NCBI GenBank assembly: GCA_001897675.1
Contig: MKUE01000105.1
Location: 2,567 to 66,566 of the forward strand
Direction: 5' to 3'
Length of the DNA: 64,000 nt
DNA from: Thiobacillus sp. 65-1059
GTDB lineage: Bacteria > Pseudomonadota > Gammaproteobacteria > Burkholderiales > Thiobacillaceae
The translations under genes and the position numbers were made by a program. Positions 40,119-49,526 of the stretch are shown here, in pieces (positions within the stretch are counted from its first letter, which is position 1; every line of letters starts with the position of its first letter). Below the pieces are notes generated by a model, which worked only from the letters and a program-made list of their open reading frames with translations, was not told the origin of the DNA and searched no databases.

Positions 40119-41417
40119 TTGGATAGTATTTCCACCAGCACGCTTTTTGCCGTGCTTGCCGTTCTGCTGCTCACTTCGGCATTTTTTTCCGCGTCCGAGA
40201 CGGCGATGATGGCGATCAACCGCTATCGCCTGCGCCACGCCGCCGAGTCCGGCGTGCGCGGCGCGATGCGGGCGCAGGCGCTGCTGGACCAGACCGACAA
40301 GCTCCTGGGCGTGATCCTGCTGGGCAACAATCTGGTCAATTCCGCCTCGGGCACGCTGTCTGCCGTGCTGGCCATTCGCCTGTTCGGCGACGGCGAAATG
40401 GTGCTGTTCGTGGCGACGCTGCTGCTCACCTTCCTGATTCTGGTGTTCAGCGAAGTCACGCCGAAGGTGGTCGGGGCGTCCTTTCCCGAACGCGTCGCCT
40501 ACCCGGCGACGCTGCTGCTCACGCCGCTGTTGACGCTGGCGTACCCGGTGGTGTGGTTCGTCAACCTGTTCGTGCAGGGCATCCTGAAACTGTTGCACAT
40601 CAGGCAGCCCGACCCGGGGCAGGGCAACAGCCTGGGGCTGCAGGAGCTGCGCACCATCGTGCTGGAATCGTCCGGCAGATTGCCGCGCGAGCACCGCCGG
40701 ATCCTGATGAACCTGCTGGAACTGGAAGACATCACGGTGGATGACGTGATGACGCCGCGCAACCAGATCGAGGCGATCGACATCGAGGACGACCCCGAAC
40801 GGCTGCGCCAGCAGATTTCCACCAGCCATCACACGCGGCTGGTGGTGCAGCAGGGCTCGCCCGACAATCTGCTCGGCGTGCTGCATGTGCGCCGGGTACT
40901 GCATGCGCTGACCGGCGACGAGCTTGATCCCGAGACGCTGAAGGAAAACCTGGAAGCGCCTTACTTCGTTCCGGCGGGCACCCCCTTGTTCACCCAGCTG
41001 CGCAATTTCCAGAGCGGCCGTCGCCGGCTGGCGCTGGTGGTCGACGAATACGGCGAACTGCAGGGGCTGGTGACGCTGGAAGATCTGCTGGAAGAAATGG
41101 TCGGCGAATTCACCACCCAGGCGCCATCGGATATGGGTTACCTGCGGCAGGAAGACGACGGCTGCTGGCTGGCCGAAGGCACCGTGCTGCTGCGCCATCT
41201 GAACCGCAAGCTGGGCTTGTCGTTGCCGCTGGACGGCCCGAAGACGCTGAACGGCCTGCTGCTGGAGCAATTCGAGGATATTCCCGAAGCCGGGGTGAGC
41301 CTCAAGCTGGGCGACGTGCCGGTGGAAATCGTGCAGACCCAGGACCGGGTGGTGAAAATGGCGCGTATCTACCTGCCGGCGCCGAATGACGTGCCGTCTG
41401 AAAACGCCTCAACTTAG
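40119..41417 (+). CDS. HlyC/CorC-family transporter (DUF21 + CBS pair + CorC_HlyC), YfjD-like
   Basis: 432 aa with a TTG start. MDSISTSTLFAVLAVLLLTSAFFSASETAMMAINRYRLRH parallels the E. coli YfjD N-terminus. CBS region and C-terminal transporter-associated domain present. Confidence 0.88.
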   Translation: MDSISTSTLFAVLAVLLLTSAFFSASETAMMAINRYRLRHAAESGVRGAMRAQALLDQTDKLLGVILLGNNLVNSASGTLSAVLAIRLFGDGEMVLFVATLLLTFLILVFSEVTPKVVGASFPERVAYPATLLLTPLLTLAYPVVWFVNLFVQGILKLLHIRQPDPGQGNSLGLQELRTIVLESSGRLPREHRRILMNLLELEDITVDDVMTPRNQIEAIDIEDDPERLRQQISTSHHTRLVVQQGSPDNLLGVLHVRRVLHALTGDELDPETLKENLEAPYFVPAGTPLFTQLRNFQSGRRRLALVVDEYGELQGLVTLEDLLEEMVGEFTTQAPSDMGYLRQEDDGCWLAEGTVLLRHLNRKLGLSLPLDGPKTLNGLLLEQFEDIPEAGVSLKLGDVPVEIVQTQDRVVKMARIYLPAPNDVPSENAST

Positions 41418-41517
41418 CCGAAAAATCGCCGTTAAGGCCTGTGATTCCCCATCCGCCGCCGGCTCGGCGCGTCGATGCGGGCAATATTTTGACGCTGGAC
41501 TTGTCTGGAACCGAGCT

Positions 41518-43233
41518 ATGGCCGCAGTGACAAACACCAACAATCTAACCGGGCTGGCGCGTGCCATGGTCAACCATGGCTGGCTGTCCGAGGGCGACGC
41601 CGAAGGCGTGTGGAAAAGCGCCAGCCAATCCGGCGAATCGTTCGTGACCGAACTCATCAAGGAACGGCGTTTCAAGGCCGATCAGATAGCCGAATTTGCC
41701 GCCGGTTCATTTGGCTATCCTTACCTGGATTTGAATGCCATGGATGCCGACAGCCTGCCGCAGGGGCTGCTCGATCCCAAGCTAGTGCAGAAACGGCGCG
41801 TGGTCGCGCTGTATCAGCGCGGCAACAAACTGTATGTGGCGACGTCCGACCCCACCCATCTGCAGGCGCTGGACGAGGTGAAGTTCCAGACCGGGCAGGC
41901 GGTGGAGCCGGTGGTGGTGGAAGACGACAAGCTCGGCAAGCTGATCGAGAAGGCGGGCGAAGCCGCCGACAGCACGCTGGCCGTGCTGAATGCGGAAGAC
42001 CTCAATCTCGACTTTGCCGACGAGGAAAGCGCCGCCGCCCAGCAGGACACCGGCGGCATCGAAATCGACGATGCGCCGGTGGTGCGCTACCTGCAGAAAA
42101 TCATGCTCGATGCGATCAATCTGGGCGCATCCGACATCCATTTCGAGCCTTACGAAAAGTATTACCGTATCCGCTACCGGCGCGACGGCGTGCTGTCCGA
42201 GGTGGCGCAGCCGCCGATGGCGATCAAGGACAAGGTGGCATCGCGCATCAAGGTGCTGTCGCGGCTGGATATTTCGGAGAAGCGCGTGCCGCAAGACGGC
42301 CGCATGAAAATGGTGCTGTCGAAAAACCGTGCCATCGATTTCCGGGTCAGCACCCTGCCGACGCTGTATGGCGAAAAAATCGTCATGCGTATTCTCGACC
42401 CCACCAGCGCCCAGCTGGGCGTGGATGCGCTGGGCTACGAGCCGTGGCAGAAAGAAATCCTGCTGGATGCGGTGCAGCGCCCTTACGGCATGGTACTGGT
42501 GACCGGGCCGACCGGTTCCGGCAAGACGGTGTCGCTCTACACCTGCCTGAACATTCTCAACAAGCCCGACGTCAACATCTCGACCGCGGAAGATCCGGCG
42601 GAAATCCAGTTGCCCGGCATCAACCAGGTCAACGTCAACGACAAGGCAGGACTGACTTTCTCGGCCGCGCTGAAATCCTTCCTGCGGCAGGACCCCGACG
42701 TCATCATGGTCGGCGAAATCCGCGATCTGGAAACGGCCGATATCGCCATCAAGGCTGCGCAAACCGGCCACATGGTGATGTCCACGCTGCACACCAACGA
42801 TGCCCCCGGCACGCTGACCCGTTTGCTGAACATGGGGGTGGCGCCGTTCAACGTCGCCTCCTCGGTGATCCTGATCACCGCCCAGCGGCTGGCGCGGCGT
42901 TTGTGCGCGTGCAAGCAACCCGTCGATATCCCGCAGGAGGCCCTGCTGGCGGCCGGCTTCACCGAAGCGCAACTGGACGGCAACTGGAAACCCTACAAAC
43001 CGGTGGGCTGCGATATCTGCGGCGGTACCGGCTACAAGGGGCGGCTGGGCATCTATCAGGTGATGCCGATCACCGACGCCATGACCCGCATCATTCTCAA
43101 GGGCGGGGACGAAACCGACATTGCCGACCAGGCCCGGCGCGAAGGCGTGCTCGACCTGCGCCAGGCCGGGTTGTTGAAAGTGAAAGCCGGCCTCACCTCG
43201 CTGGAAGAGGTCGAGGCCGTCACCAATATCTAA
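41518..43233 (+). CDS. pilB: Type IV pilus assembly ATPase PilB
   Basis: Trimmed to ATG 41518 (571 aa). N-terminal MshEN-like domain, Walker A GPTGSGKT, Asp/His boxes, and a tetracysteine CACK...CDICGGTG. Confidence 0.94.
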   Translation: MAAVTNTNNLTGLARAMVNHGWLSEGDAEGVWKSASQSGESFVTELIKERRFKADQIAEFAAGSFGYPYLDLNAMDADSLPQGLLDPKLVQKRRVVALYQRGNKLYVATSDPTHLQALDEVKFQTGQAVEPVVVEDDKLGKLIEKAGEAADSTLAVLNAEDLNLDFADEESAAAQQDTGGIEIDDAPVVRYLQKIMLDAINLGASDIHFEPYEKYYRIRYRRDGVLSEVAQPPMAIKDKVASRIKVLSRLDISEKRVPQDGRMKMVLSKNRAIDFRVSTLPTLYGEKIVMRILDPTSAQLGVDALGYEPWQKEILLDAVQRPYGMVLVTGPTGSGKTVSLYTCLNILNKPDVNISTAEDPAEIQLPGINQVNVNDKAGLTFSAALKSFLRQDPDVIMVGEIRDLETADIAIKAAQTGHMVMSTLHTNDAPGTLTRLLNMGVAPFNVASSVILITAQRLARRLCACKQPVDIPQEALLAAGFTEAQLDGNWKPYKPVGCDICGGTGYKGRLGIYQVMPITDAMTRIILKGGDETDIADQARREGVLDLRQAGLLKVKAGLTSLEEVEAVTNI

Positions 43234-43245
43234 GGAACTCCCTCT

Positions 43246-44466
43246 ATGGCTACAGCGGCAAAGGCAATCAAGGATGCCACTTTCCTGTGGGAAGGCATGG
43301 ACAAGCGCGGCAAGAAAGTCAAAGGCCAGTTGCAGGCCGGCGGCGAAGCCGTGGTCAATTCCATGCTGCGCAAGCAGGGAATCACCGTCACCAAGGTCAG
43401 GAAGCAGAGCACCCTGTTTTCCGGCAGCAAGCGCATCACCGACAAGGATGTCACGCTGTTCACCCGCCAGCTGGCGACCATGATGAAAGCCGGGGTGCCG
43501 TTGCTGCAATCGTTCGAAATCGTGGCGCGCGGGCATTCCAATCCATCGATGCAGCGCCTGCTGCTGGAAATCAAGGCGGACATCGAAAAGGGCAGCAGCC
43601 TCACCCAGGCATTCGGTCGCCATCCGCTGTACTTCGATGCGCTGTTCTGCAACCTGGTGGGGGCCGGCGAATCGGCGGGTATTCTGGACGGCGTGCTCGA
43701 ACGGCTGGCGGTCTACAAGGAAAAAATCCTCGCCATCAAGAGCAAGATCAAGTCGGCGCTGTTCTACCCCGTTTCCATTATCGTGGTGGCGTTTGTCATC
43801 ACCGCCGTGATCATGATTTTCGTGATCCCGGCGTTCAAGGACTTGTTCAGCAGCTTTGGCGCCGACCTGCCGGGGCCGACCCTGGTGGTGATGGCGATCT
43901 CGGATTTCTTCGTCCAGTGGTGGTGGGCGATTTTCGGCGCCGTCGGCGGCAGCATCTACGCCTTGCTGCAGGCATGGAAACGCTCGCGCAAGGTGCAGAT
44001 GTTCATGGATCGGTTGATGCTCAAATTGCCGATTTTTGGCGCAGTGATCGAAAAAGCCACCATCGCGCGCTGGACGCGCACCCTGGCCACCATGTTCGCC
44101 GCCGGCGTGCCGCTGGTCGAGGCGCTGGAATCGGTGGGCGGGGCGTCGGGCAACCAGGTGTTCGTCGAGGCGACCAATAAAATCCGTGGCGAAGTATCGA
44201 CCGGCACGGCGCTGACGGTGGCGATGCAGAACTCCGGCCGGTTTCCCAATATGGTGCTGCAGATGGCCGCCATCGGCGAAGAGTCCGGGGCGCTCGATTC
44301 CATGCTGGGCAAGGTGGCCGATTTCTACGAGGCCGAAGTGGATGACGCGGTCGAAGCGCTGTCCAGCCTGATGGAACCGATCATCATGGTGGTGCTGGGC
44401 ACGCTGATCGGCGGCATGGTGATCGCCATGTACCTGCCGATCTTCAAGATGGGTTCGGTCGTCTGA
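43246..44466 (+). CDS. pilC: Type IV pilus inner-membrane platform protein PilC (GspF family)
   Basis: 406 aa with two GspF repeats (LATMMKAGVPLLQSFEI, LATMFAAGVPLVEALES). Confidence 0.94.
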   Translation: MATAAKAIKDATFLWEGMDKRGKKVKGQLQAGGEAVVNSMLRKQGITVTKVRKQSTLFSGSKRITDKDVTLFTRQLATMMKAGVPLLQSFEIVARGHSNPSMQRLLLEIKADIEKGSSLTQAFGRHPLYFDALFCNLVGAGESAGILDGVLERLAVYKEKILAIKSKIKSALFYPVSIIVVAFVITAVIMIFVIPAFKDLFSSFGADLPGPTLVVMAISDFFVQWWWAIFGAVGGSIYALLQAWKRSRKVQMFMDRLMLKLPIFGAVIEKATIARWTRTLATMFAAGVPLVEALESVGGASGNQVFVEATNKIRGEVSTGTALTVAMQNSGRFPNMVLQMAAIGEESGALDSMLGKVADFYEAEVDDAVEALSSLMEPIIMVVLGTLIGGMVIAMYLPIFKMGSVV

Positions 44467-45317
44467 TGGCCTTGCTGCATGCCGAGCCAGCCCTGTTCAC
44501 CGGGCTGGTTTTTTTGTTCGGCCTGCTGGTCGGCAGCTTTCTCAACGTCGCCATCCACCGGCTGCCCAGAATGATGGAGGCCGAATGGCATGCGCAGTGC
44601 GCCGAGTTGCGCGGCGAGGCCTTGCCCGATGCGCCGCGCTACAACCTGTGGTTGCCGCGTTCGGCCTGTCCGCAGTGCGGCCATCGGATCACGGCGCTGG
44701 AAAACATTCCGCTGCTGTCGTGGCTGTGGCTGCGCGGCCGCTGCTCGGCCTGCCGCGCGCCGATCGGCGCGCGCTATCCGCTGGTGGAACTGCTTACCGC
44801 GCTGCTGTCGGCGGCGGTCGCCTGGAAATGGGGCGCGAGCGTGCAAACCGCGGGTGCGCTGCTGATGGTGTGGATGCTGATCGCGCTGGCTTTCATCGAC
44901 CTCGACACGACCCTGCTGCCCGACAGTCTCACCCTGCCGCTGCTGTGGCTGGGGCTGCTGTTCAATCTGGGCGGGCATTTCAGCAGCCTGCCGGATGCGG
45001 TCGTCGGCGCCATGGCCGGCTATCTGGTGTTGTGGCTGGTGTACTGGCTGTTCAAGCTCGCCACCGGCAAGGACGGGATGGGTTACGGCGATTTCAAGCT
45101 GCTGGCGGCCATCGGCGCCTGGCTGGGATGGCAGATGCTGCCGGTCACGCTGTTGCTGTCCTCCGTCGTCGGTGCGGCGGTCGGCATCGCGATGATCGTG
45201 CTGGTGAAGCATGACCGGCGCGTGCCGATTCCGTTCGGTCCGTATCTGGCCGGGGGCGGGCTGGTGGCGCTGTTCTTCGGCGCGGACTTGACGCAGGCCT
45301 ACCTCGGGCAATTCTGA
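44466..45317 (+). CDS. pilD: Prepilin peptidase / N-methyltransferase (A24 family)
   Basis: 283 aa with N-terminal Cys pairs (CPQC...CSAC) and catalytic Asp contexts (FIDLDT, GMGYGDFKLLAAIGAWLG). TGATG overlaps on both sides. Confidence 0.93.
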   Translation: MALLHAEPALFTGLVFLFGLLVGSFLNVAIHRLPRMMEAEWHAQCAELRGEALPDAPRYNLWLPRSACPQCGHRITALENIPLLSWLWLRGRCSACRAPIGARYPLVELLTALLSAAVAWKWGASVQTAGALLMVWMLIALAFIDLDTTLLPDSLTLPLLWLGLLFNLGGHFSSLPDAVVGAMAGYLVLWLVYWLFKLATGKDGMGYGDFKLLAAIGAWLGWQMLPVTLLLSSVVGAAVGIAMIVLVKHDRRVPIPFGPYLAGGGLVALFFGADLTQAYLGQF

Positions 45318-45922
45318 TGTTCACGGTTGGCCTCACCGGCGGCATCGGTTCGGGAAAATCGACCGTTGCCGATTGCTTCGCCGCACATGGGGTGCCGGTG
45401 ATCGATACGGATGTCATTGCCCGCGATCTGACCGCGCCTGGCGGCGCGGCGCTGGAGGCGATCCGCTCGGCTTTCGGCGAAACGGTGATGCGGGCGGACG
45501 GCGGCCTGGATCGCGCCGCCCTGCGTCGGCGCGTCTTCGCCGATGCCGGCGACCGGCGCCGCCTCGAAGCCATTCTGCACCCGCGCATTCGGCGTGCGGT
45601 GGAGCAGGCGCGCGCGGCACTCACCGCCTCCTATGCCCTGATCGTGATCCCCCTGTTGGTGGAAACCGGCGGTTACCGCGACCTGCTGAACCGCGTGCTG
45701 GTGGTCGATTGCCCCGAAGAGCTGCAGGTGGCGCGGGTGATGGCGCGCAGCGGGCTCGCCCATGACGAGGTGACAGCCATACTCGCAGCGCAGGCCGGGC
45801 GCGCCGAGCGCCTGGCGGCGGCGGACGATGTGATCGTCAACACGGCTTCGCCCGAGGCGTTGCGCAGCCAGGTGACGGCGCTGCACCGGCGTTATCAAAC
45901 GCTCGCAAGTGCGTCGCCTTGA
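45317..45922 (+). CDS. coaE: Dephospho-CoA kinase
   Basis: 201 aa. VGLTGGIGSGKST P-loop. It follows pilD, as is common. Confidence 0.93.
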   Translation: MFTVGLTGGIGSGKSTVADCFAAHGVPVIDTDVIARDLTAPGGAALEAIRSAFGETVMRADGGLDRAALRRRVFADAGDRRRLEAILHPRIRRAVEQARAALTASYALIVIPLLVETGGYRDLLNRVLVVDCPEELQVARVMARSGLAHDEVTAILAAQAGRAERLAAADDVIVNTASPEALRSQVTALHRRYQTLASASP

Positions 45923-45973
45923 TTTTCCATCCGGATCGGCGACAATCGGCCGATTGAAACCAACGCGTGCGGC

Positions 45974-46729
45974 GTGATCCATTACGAATATCCCCTCAGC
46001 GAACGCATCCGCACCCTGCTGCGGCTGGAAGATTTGTTCGATCGCTTCGATGCCTATGCCGCATCGTCCGACCGGCACGCGCATCATGCGGCCCTGCTGA
46101 CGCTGTTTGAAATGGCGGAAGTGGCGGCGCGCGCCGACCTCAAATCCGACCTGTTGCAGGAACTGGACCGGCAAAAAGCCGTGCTGGCGGCGCTGCGCGG
46201 CAATCCCCGCGTCAAGGACAGCACCCTGGAAAGCGTGCTGGCGGCGATCGAGGCCGCCCACCATGGCATGTATCAACTGCCAGGCAAGGTGGGCCAGCAT
46301 CTGCGCGAAGACGACTGGCTGATGGCCGTCAAACAGCGTGCGGCCATTCCGGGCGGGATGTGCGAATTCGATCTGCCGTCCTACCACCACTGGCTGCACC
46401 AGCCGGCCGCGGAGCGGGCAGGCCAGCTGCGACGCTGGCTGGCGCCGTTCTCGTCGATTCGCGCGGCGGTCGACATCGTGCTCGGTTTGCTGCGCGACAG
46501 CGGTCAGCCCGAGCGGCAGCACGTCGAGCACGGGCATTACCAGCGCATGCTGGAATCGCGCAACCCGCAGCTGATCCGTGTCACCCTGATCGACACCCTG
46601 CCGTGCGTACCCGAGATTTCGGCCAACAAGTACATGCTCAACATCCGCTTCGTGCATGCCGGGGCAGGACAGATGCGCACCTGCACCCATCAGCCGATCG
46701 ACTTCGATCTGACTTTCTGCACCCTATGA
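45974..46729 (+). CDS. zapD: Cell division protein ZapD
   Basis: 251 aa with a GTG start. [21 protein letters not shown] parallels the ZapD N-terminus. coaE-zapD-yacG order. Confidence 0.88.
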   Translation: MIHYEYPLSERIRTLLRLEDLFDRFDAYAASSDRHAHHAALLTLFEMAEVAARADLKSDLLQELDRQKAVLAALRGNPRVKDSTLESVLAAIEAAHHGMYQLPGKVGQHLREDDWLMAVKQRAAIPGGMCEFDLPSYHHWLHQPAAERAGQLRRWLAPFSSIRAAVDIVLGLLRDSGQPERQHVEHGHYQRMLESRNPQLIRVTLIDTLPCVPEISANKYMLNIRFVHAGAGQMRTCTHQPIDFDLTFCTL

Positions 46730-46929
46730 AACCGTCCCCCAAGCCGCCTGTCGTGACCTGCCCGACCTGTGGCGCCGCAGTCAGCTGGACGGCGGCGAGC
46801 CGCTGGAAGCCGTTCTGCAGCGAACGCTGCAAGATGATCGACCTGGGGCAGTGGGCGACCGAAAAATACCGGGTGCCCGCCGAGGAGCCGGAGCCGGAGC
46901 CGGAGGACGGGGCGCCGCCAACGCAGTGA
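46726..46929 (+). CDS. yacG: DNA gyrase inhibitor YacG (zinc finger)
   Basis: 67 aa with CPTCG...[26 protein letters not shown] overlap with the zapD stop. The track's longer ORF (46360..) is off target. Confidence 0.9.
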   Translation: MKPSPKPPVVTCPTCGAAVSWTAASRWKPFCSERCKMIDLGQWATEKYRVPAEEPEPEPEDGAPPTQ

Positions 46930-46947
46930 CGCATCCCCCCGTTGCGG

Positions 46948-47604
46948 TCATTTCTTGTAAGTCTTGACGCCGGATTCGGTCCCCAGCAGCAGCACGTCCG
47001 CGCCGCGCCGCGCAAACAGGCCGTTGGTGACCACGCCGACGATGTGGTTGAGCGCCGCTTCCAGCGACACCGGGTCGACGATCGACATGCCGTGCACGTC
47101 GAGAATGAGGTTGCCGTTGTCGGTGGTGAAGCCCTCGCGCAGGCGCGGCTGGCCGCCGAGCTTCACCAGCTCGCGCGCCACGTAGGAACGCGCCATCGGG
47201 ATCACTTCGACCGGCAGCGGGAATTTGCCGAGCACTCCGACCAGCTTGCTTTCGTCGGCAATGCAGATGAACTGCTTGCTGCATGCGGCGACGATCTTTT
47301 CGCGCGTCAGCGCGCCGCCGCCGCCCTTGATCATGGCGAAATGCTCGGTGATTTCGTCGGCGCCGTCGACGTAGATTTCGAGTTCGCCGACGCTGTTGAG
47401 GTCGAGCACCTGGATGCCGTGGCTTTTCAGGCGTGCGGCCGTCGCTTCCGAGCTGGCCACCGCGCCGTCGATGCGGCCCTTGACGTCGGCCAGCGCGTCG
47501 ATGAAATAGTTGGCGGTCGAGCCGGTCCCCACCCCGATGATGCCGCCGCGGGCATACTCCACCGCGGCACGCGCCACGGCTTGCTTCATTTCGTCTTGTG
47601 TCAT
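46948..47604 (-). CDS. rpiA: Ribose-5-phosphate isomerase A
   Basis: Trimmed to ATG 47604 (218 aa). [35 protein letters not shown]. Confidence 0.95.
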   Translation of the reverse strand: MTQDEMKQAVARAAVEYARGGIIGVGTGSTANYFIDALADVKGRIDGAVASSEATAARLKSHGIQVLDLNSVGELEIYVDGADEITEHFAMIKGGGGALTREKIVAACSKQFICIADESKLVGVLGKFPLPVEVIPMARSYVARELVKLGGQPRLREGFTTDNGNLILDVHGMSIVDPVSLEAALNHIVGVVTNGLFARRGADVLLLGTESGVKTYKK

Positions 47605-47680
47605 GATGTTTTCGTCATTTGGTCGCAGCCCGCTAAGATAGCGGCATCTCCCCCTTTTTTCAAACCTCGCACCCGCCGCC

Positions 47681-49198
47681 ATGAGCCAACCCGTCGATTA
47701 CCTCGAACGCATCCTGACCTCGCGCGTCTACGACGTGTCGGTGGAGTCGCCGCTCGAGGTGGCCCACAACCTGTCGCACCGCCTCAACAACCGGATCCTG
47801 TTGAAGCGGGAAGACCTGCAGCCGGTGTTTTCTTTCAAGTGCCGCGGCGCCTACAACAAGATGGCGAAGCTTACGCAGGCCCAGCTGGCGCGCGGCGTGG
47901 TGGCGGCATCGGCCGGCAACCACGCGCAGGGGGTGGCGCTGGCGGCGCAAAAACTTGGCGTGACGGCGACCATCGTGATGCCGGCGACCACGCCCAAAAT
48001 CAAGGTCGATGCGGTGGCGGCGCGCGGCGCGCAGGTGATTCTGCACGGCGACAACTACGATGAAGCCTGCGATCACGCCACCCGGCTTGCCAAGGAGGCC
48101 AAGGCCACCTTCGTCCATCCCTATGACGACCCCGATGTGATCGCCGGGCAGGGCACGGTGGCGATGGAACTGCTGCGCCAGCATCCCGGCCCGATCCATT
48201 CGGTCTATATCCCGGTCGGCGGCGGCGGCCTGATTGCCGGCATGGCGGCGTACATCAAGCGGCTGCGGCCGGAAATCAGGATCGTCGGCGTCGAACCCGA
48301 AGACGCCGACGCGATGGCGCGCTCGCTGTGCAAGAGCAAGCGCATCACGCTGCCGCGCGTGGGTATTTTTGCCGACGGCGTGGCGGTAAAAAAGGTCGGC
48401 AAGGAAACCTTCCGGCTGTCGCAGCTGTATGTCGACGAAATCATCCGCGTCAACAACGACGCCATCTGCGCGGCGATCAAGGACGTCTTCGAAGACACCC
48501 GCTCGATTCTGGAACCGGCCGGCGCCCTGTCTGTCGCCGGGCTGAAAGCGACGATCGCGGGCGATAAGCTCAAGGGTAAAACGCTGGTCGCGGTGGCCTC
48601 CGGCGCCAACATGAACTTCGACCGCCTGCGCCACATCGCCGAGCGCGCCGAGCTGGGCGAAAAGCGCGAGGCGGTGCTGGCGGTCACCATCCCGGAGACG
48701 CCGGGCAGCTTCAAGACCTTTTGCGGCCTGCTGGGCGCGCGCAACATCACCGAATTCAACTACCGCTATTCCGACCCCAGGGTGGCACGGGTGTTTGTCG
48801 GCCTGTCGGTGCCGGGAGCGGGCGAGAGCGCGCGCGTGGTCGAACTGCTGCAGCGCCACGGCCTGGAGGCGATCGACCTCACCGACAACGAAATGGCCAA
48901 GCTGCACGTCCGCCATCTGGTCGGCGGTCGCGCGCCCGAAGCCGTCAACGAAGTGCTGTACCGATTCGAGTTTCCCGAGCGTCCCGGCGCGCTGATGCAG
49001 TTCCTGCAGAGCATGAGCCGCGGCTGGAACATCAGCCTGTTCCACTACCGCAACCACGGTGCCGACTACGGCCGCGTGCTGGTCGGCATCCAGGTGCCGG
49101 AAAAGGAAAAACCCGGCTTCCAGAGGTTTCTGGACGGGCTGGGCTACCGCTACTGGGACGAGTCCCGCAACCCGGCCTACAAACTGTTTCTCGCCTGA
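47681..49198 (+). CDS. ilvA: Biosynthetic threonine ammonia-lyase (two ACT-like regulatory domains)
   Basis: 505 aa. PLP site [18 protein letters not shown], and a C-terminal duplicated regulatory domain. Confidence 0.95.
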   Translation: MSQPVDYLERILTSRVYDVSVESPLEVAHNLSHRLNNRILLKREDLQPVFSFKCRGAYNKMAKLTQAQLARGVVAASAGNHAQGVALAAQKLGVTATIVMPATTPKIKVDAVAARGAQVILHGDNYDEACDHATRLAKEAKATFVHPYDDPDVIAGQGTVAMELLRQHPGPIHSVYIPVGGGGLIAGMAAYIKRLRPEIRIVGVEPEDADAMARSLCKSKRITLPRVGIFADGVAVKKVGKETFRLSQLYVDEIIRVNNDAICAAIKDVFEDTRSILEPAGALSVAGLKATIAGDKLKGKTLVAVASGANMNFDRLRHIAERAELGEKREAVLAVTIPETPGSFKTFCGLLGARNITEFNYRYSDPRVARVFVGLSVPGAGESARVVELLQRHGLEAIDLTDNEMAKLHVRHLVGGRAPEAVNEVLYRFEFPERPGALMQFLQSMSRGWNISLFHYRNHGADYGRVLVGIQVPEKEKPGFQRFLDGLGYRYWDESRNPAYKLFLA

Positions 49199-49201
49199 GG
49201 C

Positions 49202-49390
49202 TTATTTCTTCAGGCCGCCGCTGTTGATGCCGAGCAGGCGGTAGGCCGGGCAGAACCTGAAGAGCCCGGTCGCCAGCGGCAGCACGCCAATCCAGGCCCA
49301 TGCCGGGCCGCCCATGAGCGCCCAGGCGATGAGGGCGATACCGGCAAGAATGCGGATGATGCGGTCGATATTGCCGACGTTGGCTGTCAT
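49202..49390 (-). CDS. DUF2892 (YgaP-like) small membrane protein, second copy
   Basis: 62 aa from ATG 49390 (AAGGAA SD 6 nt upstream). NIDRIIRILAGIALIAWAL...TGLFRFCPAYRLLG is the same family pattern as 11329-11547. Confidence 0.75.
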   Translation of the reverse strand: MTANVGNIDRIIRILAGIALIAWALMGGPAWAWIGVLPLATGLFRFCPAYRLLGINSGGLKK

Positions 49391-49526
49391 GGCGGTTTCC
49401 TTGGAAGGGGAATACGAAGCCCTCACTATAGCGCGCGCCCTGCGCTTGGGGTAATGCGGCGCCCCGGCCGTTCCATGGTGAATTCAGCTCAGGCAACGCG
49501 CGGCGGCCGCATGTTACCCTCGCGGC

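Noticed and set aside
41610-44180. 856-aa plus-strand ORF, plus the 613-aa minus ORF at 41782-43623, over the pil region
   Set aside because: They are alternative frames of pilB and pilC. PilB and PilC motifs (Walker A GPTGSGKT, GspF repeats) sit in the chosen frames, and the alternatives are Arg/Gly/Pro-rich nonsense.
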